DNA of 62,926 bases, counting the filler, from Lenisia limosa (lineage: Eukaryota > Protista > Breviatea), in the NCBI GenBank assembly GCA_001655205.1. It is 10 parts of 10 records of this genome, joined end to end, with 100 filler letters (N's around TTAATTAATTAA, not from the genome) between each part and the next. Parts side by side here need not be neighbours in the genome. Positions count along the whole stretch, not along the records: positions 43,313 to 53,947 come from LPNZ01008924.1; positions 54,048 to 59,560 come from LPNZ01005775.1; 8 more parts are not named here. The stretch is one strand, 5' to 3'. Shown in pieces: positions 48,340 to 58,500 of this stretch; within the stretch, counting starts at the first letter, position 1, and the number at the start of each line of letters is the position of its first letter. Under the pieces are notes generated by a model that worked only from the letters and a program-made list of their open reading frames with translations, searched no databases and was not told the DNA's origin. The position numbers and the translations under genes are program-made.

Positions 48340-50280
48340 ATGGATGCTGAAGGAAAAATTTTGAACTTTGCTCTGGATGACTACCATGGTGCCAACGTGG
48401 TGTCACGTGATGTGGGGGGGGATCTATTGCAGGCGTGATGTGGCGATCTATCCTGGAGCCACCTTTATCCAGCTCTGATCCTCAGATTCCCGATGACGAA
48501 GATGAGTTCAGTGATGCTCTGGCGAACAGTCTACAGGCCTGGCAGACTCTAGAACTGAAGGGCATCTGGCTGCCCCTACCGGTCACCAAAGCCAAGCTCC
48601 TTCCAATCGCCCTTGAGGTTGGTTGCCCCACACACACAGCAATACAGTTTTAGTAAACTTGTTATCGAATTTATTGAAAAATTATTGTACATCCTTTCCA
48701 ATGAAGCAATCAGTAGCTCTCTCATTTTGTTTTTGCGATTAATACTGAGCGTTTAGGCGGGCTTTGAGGTGCACCATGGACACAAGAAATCTATCATGCT
48801 CACCAAATGGCTCCCGAACACACCAAACTACCTGCCTGACTATCCCCATACCAACATTGGTACAAGGGCTTCTTTCTGTCCTTGTTTTAGTGTATTTTTA
48901 GAACATTTTATTGATTTGGAAGAATCATAACTTCATTTTGAACCTTTTGTTTTGACGGATTCCAGGAGTTGGGGGCTTTGTCATCGACGACAAGGGCAAG
49001 GTGCTTGCCATCAGCGAGAAGTGGGGCAACTACAAGGGAATGAAGATGCCTGGCGGGTGTGTAGACAGAGGAGAAGATCTTATGGACGCGGTGAGGGGAG
49101 GGAGGTAGACAGAGGCGAAGATCTTATGGACAGATCTTATGGACGCGGTGAGGGGGGGAGGTAGACAGAGGCGAAGATCTTATGGACGCGGTGAGGGGGN
49201 NNNNNNNNNNNNNNNNNNNNNNNNNNNNNNNNNNNNNNNNNNNNNNNNNNNNNNNNNNNNNNNNNNNNNTTATTGGTATCGTTTTTTGCAATCCACCCTT
49301 ACTAAATCAGGCCGTGAGAGAGGTGTTTGAAGAAACAGGCGTCAAAACTAAGGTGAGGGATTGTAACCGAGGTTTAGTCAATCGTTGTCTTTCCAAGTCC
49401 TTCGAGAACGTTATCATATTTATACGATGATATTTTTTTATATAGCCTTTGATGTCTGCAATTCTAACTCTCTGGCACCTCCTGAATCCGTGGCACAAGA
49501 CGGGTTTAGGAGGGCACCTGGGTTGTTGTACAGGGGCTTTGTCCAGATTATGCGAACTTTATTGTTGAAATTTCTTCGTAGTGCCAAATAAAGTAATTCA
49601 CCCCCTCCCCCAGGCTGAGGGCATCATCGCAGTGCGGCACTTCCACAAATTCCGATTCGGCTCGGATGATCTTTACTTCATTGTCCATTTGACCCCGATC
49701 ACAACCGAGATCAATAAGTGCCCGGTGCGGGGGCTTCTTCTGGTCTCAAGAAAATATTGTCTATTATAATGCTCTCATCCCCCCCCCCCCAGAGAGAGAT
49801 TAACGAGTGCAAGTGGATGGACTTCGAGGAATTCGCCAAATTCACCTATCAGAGGTCGCCCCTCTTCCAGGTTGGCTGACTGTTTGAACTCATGTCCTCT
49901 AGACCATCTGATATACCATCTTGACCCAATAGGATGTAATCCGGTGCTGCAGTAGTGTTGTCACACAAGTCACTGGTAGGGCTTTTAGCCAAGACCTGTG
50001 TGGAGAGCCCACTCCTCAAAATGATTGTGGTGCGAGGGGGGGGGGGTAAACAGCATTGAAAGGCTAATGTGTCCCTTCAGTGGTAGTGTGGTAGAATGGT
50101 GCTTCATGATCCATTTGTTCATATTTGCGGCTATATCAGCGTGACGGTTTAGGAAAGTGGAACGGAGTTGTTTACAAGGGGGCGTACCTCTACCGTCCAG
50201 GGGATGTAGCGCTATCGAAGAACACTGACACGGTTTGGGCTCATTTAGTGAAGGGACGTAGCCTGATGGAATTTCCCTAA
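48340..50280 (+). CDS. NUDT6: NUDT6-like Nudix hydrolase
   Basis: MDAEGKILNFALDDYHG...FSDALANSLQAWQTLELKGIWL...|AGFEVHHGHKKSIMLTKWL...LPDYPHTNIG|VGGFV...KMPGGCVDRGEDLMDA|AVREVFEETGVKT (Nudix box)...HFHKFRFGSDDLYF...; stop TAA 50278-50280. Confidence 0.88.
49061..49199 (+). repeat. Triple tandem copy of the NUDT6 exon end plus donor site
   Basis: GTAGACAGAGG(A/C)GAAGATCTTATGGACGCG|GTGAGGGG occurs three times before a gap. Confidence 0.85.
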
Positions 50281-50940
50281 AGTAATGTCACCGCACTATA
50301 ACACGAGACATGACATTTTGGTTAAATCATCACAGAAATGTGGAACTCTGTTTGATATGATTTACTGTGTAAATAAAAATATCATAGTATGACATTCTAG
50401 TATCTTGATACTATCAGCAGTCTCATGAGTTCATGATATCACAGTTTCAGCACCAAAAGGCACGCCGGTAATACGTCTGTAGGCGAGACTCTAGTCATTG
50501 TCCTAGTTTGTTTCCTTTTTGATACACTGTTTCTTTTCGTTGTTTGACATTGGAAGGCGTTACAGCCATTGCGTCCTGATAACACACAAGCCCAATTTAG
50601 CAGCGGTTTAGGCGTTACTTTTTACCTTAATAACGCTGGAAGGAGAATCGCCCAAAAAGACAGGTTGTAACAAGGTGGCCCCGAGAACAACCCGCTTAAT
50701 GAAGTAGGCCCTAGGCAAGGTGTGACGATGCATTGCGCTCGGGCGACTTTGTGTTTCCAATGGTGATTTTCTTGCAATTCCGAGGACCTTTTTGGATGGA
50801 CAAGAAATAGAACTTGGGTTGAAACCTCATGAATAAGGTCCTGGAACTGTATTTTGAACAAGACAAAGAGCATCATCAAAAATGCGATATCTTGAACCTG
50901 ATTGAAACGAACAAATAAATACTATCAAAAGAAAACCATA

Positions 50941-53600
50941 TTATTTTCGCGAAGCTTTGATTTTGACCAACAACTCGCGAGAGAGGTAGACAAGCTGGAT
51001 GCAGAGGGGGAGCAGAAGTGGCAGGTATATGGCCGCCACATTGAACTCGGGCATGAATATTCCGCCAATCATACCACTAAACCGTTATGGCGAAGGACTC
51101 AAGATGAAAGATTAAGAATTAGAATATCACTGAACTATTAGTTTTAAAGAGTAAAGAATAGCTTCTCAAGCACAACATACCCCACCTATGTGTGGCAGCA
51201 GCAGTGGACTCCGCGAGACTCTGTAAACTTTTCCCGAGGGCGTCCGAGGGGGTTCCGGCTTCAAGACTCTGGGAGTGTTATCAAGACTCTGGGGTGGGGG
51301 GTAAGGGGAGGTTTATCAGGGGGTATCATAATTATTATCGGGATTTCGGGTGTGAGAGGGAGGTGAAAGACCCCCACTTGTTGGATGAAGGAGAGGCTTG
51401 AGGCAACGCTTTCGGCAACCTCCAAGGGCACGGGTAGGTCGGGTTGTTGCTTCACTGTCGCAAATATACTGCCAATTGTGGCCTGGCAGGTAAGTGTCAA
51501 TTAATCAGAAAAAGGCTCAACAAATAAAAATTGCACAATCCAAATATTAACTGCGTATCTAGGAAGCAGTCATCTGAAATATGAGAGCACGCCACCAGCA
51601 TTCTACGGAGGGGTTTGACCCTTCAAATGTTGTATTTGCCATTTAAGTTCATGTAGTGTTTATCGCATGTTTTCCTTCATCTTTAGGAACTGGACCCTCT
51701 ACTACTTCCCCGAATCCCAGGCAATGGACAAGGGCCTTCGTGACCTGATTCAGAGGGTAGGATAGAGTAGAATGATATAGAGTACTTGTTCTTTTGCTTA
51801 AGCCTCTATTTGAAGGGAGTCTTCCATGCCATTGTTTATGTTGACTGTTTTCAAAAAAATTAAAAGACACAGATAGTCTGATAATAACAAAACAAAGCCA
51901 GAAAAGAGCTTGCAATCTATTGGACAAAATACCAAAGCAGGTGTTATACTGTATGGGGGGTCAAAATTTCATATAAAACTACCAACATACCAAAGTTTGT
52001 TTCAAGGTGGCTTGGGTTTGAAGCCTCTGCATGTTCATTACTTCAGCCTTCCCAAAAAGGAAACTGGGTGACACATCCCTTTCGAGCGTCGCGTGCGGAG
52101 CCAAAAGATGGCGTAATGCGTCCGAAATCGGCTCAAAAAGCGCCTTAATATCGGCCCTTTCGGATGAGCTGGCCGGACTGCCCAATCCGGGATTGGCAAA
52201 GACAATCGTGCCGAAACCCTCCACCTTCAGCCATGATGTTGGTTGTCCTGCGAGGTGTGGTTAAGACGCTCGGCTGGACCCCCATGGGAAACTCTCTCAA
52301 ATAAGTCGTCAAGACAATCAAAACAAAACCGTTTTTTATTTCTCGAGTACCTTGCTTCATTATGGGGCTTTGCCCAGAAACACCCATTCCAACCGTCAGG
52401 AGTAACAAACACAGTCGGGGTCGTAGGCACAAAAATGACGAATTTCAGTATCGGGTTGGGGTCATGCGTCATGTGGGCTGAGTGTCAAATGAGACGGACG
52501 AATTGAGGCAACGGACACATCAGCGATGTAACGAACAGAAGGGAGCATGAACAGCAACCCCCCCAACCGAAATGGGTTGATGTCTGATCGAGCAATTTAG
52601 ACGCTTCAGTTGACTGGATGATATGGAGTTCTGAGAGTGTCAGAAAACAAATGTATTTGGAATTAGATAAAACTGAAATATTAAGAGATGTACCCGCTCA
52701 CGAAGTTCTTTGGAAAATTTCGATGCCACCCCAGGCTGAATGTCTTGAAGGATCTAAAAGATCGGTAAGAGAGTCGCAGCAATCCGCAATGAAGCCGGAT
52801 ATTGAAGGAATAAAAGAACGAAATGACCATCCGCGCTATCAATCAAACCTCAGTGAAAGTCGACAATTTAGCGAGTCGCGACAGCATGTCCTTCAAAAGC
52901 GTCACACATTCTGTCTCGGTCAAATATATTAAAACTCTAGAATCGCGGAAACAATAATATTAGTTTTTTTTTTATATGAGAAATATTTCTCATACCGGAG
53001 CTGTGTTAGATATCACTATAAAGTATATCATATATATCATAGTATATCTCTTTATACTGAATATCTCATATCCCCCACCCCAGTCATGCAGTGCGGTCGT
53101 GGTACTGAATCTTACGGGCCGGGATTGGACAGCCACTGTGACCGCCAAGTTAGTCCGGGGTGCTGCGGGGAGGGGGCCCTGAGTTGTTAGTCATGGCTCT
53201 TGTGATGACAGCACATTCATCATACATTTGTCTGGTGAATCGAGGGGACAAGGTCTCTCAAAACGGACATGACAGTCTCAAAGTCACCTCGGGGTACGTA
53301 AGCTGCAGAGTGCGGACGTGAGATGAGCGCTTCACCCTGGGTTGTGACAGCGTTTCCCATGACATGACAGCTTTCACACCAGCGTACAACACCAACCTTT
53401 TCTTTCTCATGAATAAACAGTGAAAACCCTGAAGAAGGCAAAACCTCCTTAGTATTGGCAAAGGAAAATGGGGCTGAAAAGTAAATGCCATTGCTAATCT
53501 CGACGTAATAAGGCAACAGTCATGCTGGAATCTTACCCCCCCACTCACTTTGGAATTCGGCGGTGTTGGTATCAATGTCGATTGTGGGGTTCATCCCTGG
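50941..53600 (-). CDS. PIGS: GPI transamidase component PIG-S, C-terminal part (5' part missing)
   Basis: NPILKFVIFVP...|PTSWLKVEGFGTIVFANP...LRHLL...QTL|ATIGSIFATVKQQPDLPVPLEVAESVASSL..|SLEAGTPSDALGKSLQSLAESTAAATHS|GMIGGIFMPEFNVAAIYLPLLLPLCIQLV...KASRK*. Colinear with the human PIGS C-terminus (FAIYIPLFLP) from memory. Confidence 0.78.
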
Positions 53601-53865
53601 AAACATGAGACAATGCAAGAGACCAGAACATCAGATAGCAGACGAAAGGGCCCACTTTCCAAGGGATTTTTGAGGGAAATACATCGCTTTTGCTGTTGAG
53701 CAGTCTAAAACATCAGAATAAATAATGCAAAAGGCTACTAAATAACATATGCCATGATTTTTATCAACTGAACTGATCTACATGTATCCACCTCTAAAAA
53801 AAGCCAATCAAGAAGAAAGGTATTCAATTATCAAAACTAGTGTCATATTATTTTACACAGAAGGT

Positions 53866-53947
53866 TCACTCATCATACACAGAAGGTTCACTCATCATAC
53901 ACAGAAAAGAGTCACTCATCATACACAGAAAAGAGTCACTCATCATA
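53866..53947. repeat. 22-bp tandem repeat (CACAGAARRGTCACTCATCATA-like) x4, running into spacer
   Basis: Seen directly. Confidence 0.85.
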
Positions 53948-54179
53948 NNNNNNNNNNNNNNNNNNNNNNNNNNNNNNNNNNNNNNNNNNNNTTAATTAAT
54001 TAANNNNNNNNNNNNNNNNNNNNNNNNNNNNNNNNNNNNNNNNNNNNCGTGCCTACCAGAGTAACCCCTCTGTTTTTGGTTTCATCTCCCCCTCCCAATA
54101 CAACTTCAGCAAGAAATCACTTTTTTATAGCCCATACCAAATGTTAATAATAAACGAGCAAACATAAGTAGAGTAACAA

Positions 54180-55160
54180 TAAAAAATAAAAAGCACTAAA
54201 AATTATATAATGGAGGTTTTGGTCGGTAGCTGGAATTTGACTCGATATGATTAGGGATTCACTTCGGTTCGAAAAAACCCCGGGAAAATATCGACCGTTT
54301 TCGAGGATTTATCGAGAATTTCTGTCTTATTTTGAACCGAAGTGAAGCCCTAGATATGATAAAAAACAAAATAAAGCCCAAAATCAACTTTCTAGCAAGG
54401 CGTGGGGGGTTAATAAAGGGAATCATGAAGTAACTAACAAGGTATGAGTAACTACGTATGACTGAAATGAAAGGTGCTGAAAACGGAGAGAGAGCATTTG
54501 GTATGAAGAACCCTAATATCACCCATCTAGTTTTACTGCTCTTGCTTTAACCAAATGAGGAGGAGGAAGTACGGAGAGGTTGGAGAACCCTGAAGATCAT
54601 GTGCGGCCTACGTTGGAGCAGCTTTGTGGACGGGATGCAGTCTTCCTTCTCATGATACTTGGCTAAATGGGAATGAGAATGGAATCGACGCAACCGTCAT
54701 GAAGTTCGCTGCAGAGGACCAGAGATCTCAACCGTTACCGCCAAAATCTCAAAATTCCTGATGGCCGATTTGGGACTTTCCTTAGTGCCAGCCTCACCAG
54801 ATATCAAAAGGCAAACGCCTGCTATAAGCTGACTACGATTCCTGCCAATCTCTGATGAAGTCATCACTCTGTCAAGGATTGCGACACCAGTTTGAAGGGT
54901 TCTCCTTGAGAGTTTGAAGTCGGTACAGAGCTAATGAGGGGTGAATTCTAAAAAGAGCGCGCCTAAAAAAAGATAGCTCAATCTCATACCTCAGTAAGCC
55001 AATCGGTGAGCGTGCTTCTATATCCAACATAAGCTCGATGATGATGATCTCTGACGTAAGAAGGGAACGTAGTAGGCTCAGTATCGCGGAGGGAAAATGA
55101 AAACTCCTTCAGTTGTTCGAAGGAGTACTCGCCTTTCTCATCCAATTCAAAGAAAACCAT
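54180..55160 (-). CDS. Cyclin (cyclin-J-like N-terminal cyclin box), partial
   Basis: MVFFELDEK..DHHHRAYVGYRSTLTDWLTE|LCTDFKLSRRTLQTGVAILDRVMTSSEIGRNRSQLIAGVCLLIS|AKYHEKEDCIP. Cyclin-box helices are present, and K-x-x-EKED-x-x-P resembles cyclin J. Confidence 0.8.
54252..54352. mobile_element. MITE family A
   Basis: Perfect TSD GATATGAT. Confidence 0.93.
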
Positions 55161-55535
55161 TGATGAACAAAGTTCACCTGCTACAGGCGGATTCTTTTGT
55201 CATATCGTTACAAAAACAGAAAATGTAGGAAAGTGAAAGCAACTGCGCTGCTACTATTTACTTGACTGACTGACTTCGCAACAAATAAACACACCAACTA
55301 ACAGTAAGAACGCTCCTGTGTGGATTTTTCAAACAAATTTTTCCAACTGAAATGGCACCCCGGTACAATTTTGATATTCCTCCCCTAGTTATCCCGGGCC
55401 GCTGTTTTTTCAAAACCCGCCTTTTTTTTGTGAACGAGTCCTTTAAGCTAAATAGAAGTATCCTATTATTTAGTTGCACATATTAAATAGAAAGTCGTAG
55501 TTTCAGTTTTTCTTTCCCCACAGGGAACCGACAAA

Positions 55536-58500
55536 ATGAGTGACTTTCAGTTTGATATGAGTAAAGTATGTTGTTTGGAAGGGATGTTGACCACTTTTTA
55601 TTTTTCTGAAGGTGGGGATTTACCTTTTAGAACTCCAATTTGGTGTTGAACCAAGAGCACAGGAGTAAAATCAGTTCTGAACCAACAGGAGAGGCAGAAT
55701 CTCTGTGAGTTGGCATTGTTTTTTTTATTGTTTTCACCTAACCTGTGTAAGTGCCTATTTGACCCTCGTTATTTGCGATTTTACTGCTAATTTATTCTTA
55801 AATGGAACGATTTACCCGAGTAACGTTTCCTTTATAGCTCTTCACACATTGGATCCAAGCGTATGGGTGATCGCCTTCGCGTAGACACAATTAGCAAAGA
55901 GTTCGAAGATCAAGCAAGCAAGCTTCGCAAGAAGAGAGCTCTCGAGAAAGACGAAACCTATGGGTCTCTCAAGCCGACTAAGAAGGTCGCACAAGGCATT
56001 GTTGATACCTCATTCGAGAATCTTCAAGGTTACAAGCCCAAAACTCGTGATACCAGGTTTGAAACGGTGTGTCTGTTGAGTCTATGCGATGCTCAGGCCC
56101 TTCTGATCCTTCTTTCAGAGCTGCGTACGAAGTCCTTCTTCGTTTCGTGCAGGAAACCATTGGTGACTGCCCTCGTGATGTTCTGAAGGTTTGTGAAGTT
56201 ATCACTTGTTGCTGTGTTGAAGGACTTTGTGGGCTGTCTTCTTTTTTTTAGCTGTTATTGGGGATATTGCGGTGGGATACCTTGTGTACGTTGTTATGAA
56301 CGAAAGATCTTCCTCTTCCTCTCTTTTCAAATTGAGATCAGTATAGTATCTCTTTTATTCAGACACGGGCCAACTTAGGTCCTGTTAATATATTAATATC
56401 CCTTCAGGCCAACTATTAATAGGAGACCTTTGGGCCATATACATTGGAAGCGGATAATACTGACACATCTTTGTTTTTTTTCATTTTTTTTTTTTCATTC
56501 ATAAGGTCACTATTTTTTTCAAAGAATTATCAGAAAGTTCATAGAGGATTAATTATTCTGAAGGCACTTCCAGATATTTATCAAACGTTTGGTCACATGT
56601 TAACGGTATCCCTATGTTTGATATCTTGTTGATTTGTGTTGTTGTGTTTTGTTTCTCATCCCTATGTATTTATTTGTTTCCCCAAGATTTTCAATGTGAT
56701 TGGCTCTCAAATAATCCTGTTGACCCTCCTGTTAACTTCTCCCAGGAATCGTCCGATGAAGTTCTTGCCATCCTCAAATCAGACACTCTCCGCGACCCCG
56801 AGAGACAAAAGGATGTGAGGAGGATGGGGTATTTGTTGGGCTTCACTTCGGCTCGGGGGGGGGGGTTNNNNNNNNNNNNNNNNNNNNNNNNNNNNNNNNN
56901 NNNNNNNNNNNNNNNNNNNNNNNNNNNNNNNNNNNNNNNNNNNNNNNCTTATTATTGTCTCTCAAAAAATTTCTGGTTTACTCTGGTTCGTGACTGATAC
57001 TTTGTGTTCTCAGGGTTTTGTTTCCTCACCAATTCAAAAGCAACATTCTACATTCCATATTATTCAACGATATTTACTTTGTTTAACTCCCCCCCTCAGG
57101 CTGGTGATCTTCTCGGACAAAAACTCTCCGAGGAAGCTTTTGGCAAGGTATGTTGACCAGTTTTTTTTTGTTTCAGTCATAAATTTTCCAATTTTACTCC
57201 TGCCACCCTTTTTTTTTATCTTAAAAAAACAATTGGTTACGGTGTGTTGGGCTTCACTTCGGTTCGAAAAAAGACGTATAAATCCTCGAAAATTATCGAT
57301 ACCTCACCATACTTTTTCGAACCGAAGTGTAGCCCTAATGGTGTGTGAGGAGGGGGGGTGTAGTGAGCGGGCCTTTCACAGGGGTTATAAGTTTCATTTG
57401 AACCGAATATATCTTCACTCTTTAGGTAAGCTATCAAAATATATCATATCAATGATGTTTCGAGCAATACAGTTGTTTTATGGATAGCAGTGAAGCCCTT
57501 CCAAGAATAATTCATTTTCATCCCATAGAGGCTTTTTTTGCAACTTTCTCTCTCTTACCCTCTTAGCTTGTCAACATTGGAAAGCAGATTACCGACTTCA
57601 ATATTGACTCTCTCGTCACCGGTAGGGGGGTATACGGAATTCACTTCGGTTCAAAAAAAGAGTGAAATTCTCGATAAATCCTCGAAAGTTATCGATATTT
57701 TACCCCTGTCTTTTTCGAACCGAAGTGAAGCCTTAGGTATACGTATGGGCTCTCTTCGGTTCGAAAACAACCGATAGAGTATCGAAGATTTATCGAAAAA
57801 ATCAAGACCCCCCACACACACACACATACATATCATCATTATTTTTACTCCGCCTCCCCCCAGTGAGCACGAGCGACGACTACGATGAGAAGCTTGGTGT
57901 GTCCGTTGTGTTTGACGACGAGGACAACGATGAGAGTGACGATGACCTTGGGATGGTGGCTGAGGACAAAATCGAGGTTGGTGGGGTGTGTGAATCGTGG
58001 AGGGTTTATTTCGGGCTTTTTTTTTTTTTTTTNNNNNNNNNNNNNNNNNNNNNNNNNNNNNNNNNNNNNNNNNNNNNNNNNNNNNNNNNNNNNNNNNNNN
58101 NNNNNNNNNNNNNNNNNNNNNNNNNNNNNNNNNNNNNNNNNNNNNNNNNNNNNNNNNNNNNNNNNNNNNNNNNNNNNNNNNNNNNNNNNNNCTCTGGTCG
58201 ACGCTGAGGCCGAAGACACCCTGGACATCGCCGTTAGAGACATTGACGCTTTCTGGATCCAAAGAAAGGTGCGTTCACATAGGGCTCCACTTCGATTCGA
58301 AAAAGACCGATAAAATATTGGTTTTTGAGGATTTATCGAGAAATTCAGTCTTTTTTCGAACCGAAGTAAAGATCTGGTTACTGACTCTCTCTCTCCCATA
58401 GACAGTATTTCACTACTCCCCCAGCTTTCCACTGTCTTCACCGATGCTGAGGAGGCCCAAGCCAGAGCAGTTGAGGTACTCGATTCTCTCAAGGTTTGGG

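Noticed and set aside
22608-48610. Identical 20-mer GCCAAGCTCCTTCCAATCGC in RTCB (~22608) and NUDT6 (~48591)
   Set aside because: Both encode AKLLPIA with preferred codons and flanks are unrelated; most likely coincidence.
51380-51750. Plus-strand exon chain (..GGNWTLYYFPESQ..) with a GTAAGT donor at 51490
   Set aside because: It overlaps well-supported minus-strand PIGS exons and has no recognisable homology or start; treated as chance, although an antisense transcript cannot be excluded.
7652-58373. CRISPR array or tRNA/SINE interpretation of the GGTTCGAA-containing palindromes
   Set aside because: Copies are dispersed rather than regularly spaced, with no cas genes. There is no A box or cloverleaf. 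TIRs plus 8-bp TSDs explain them as MITEs.
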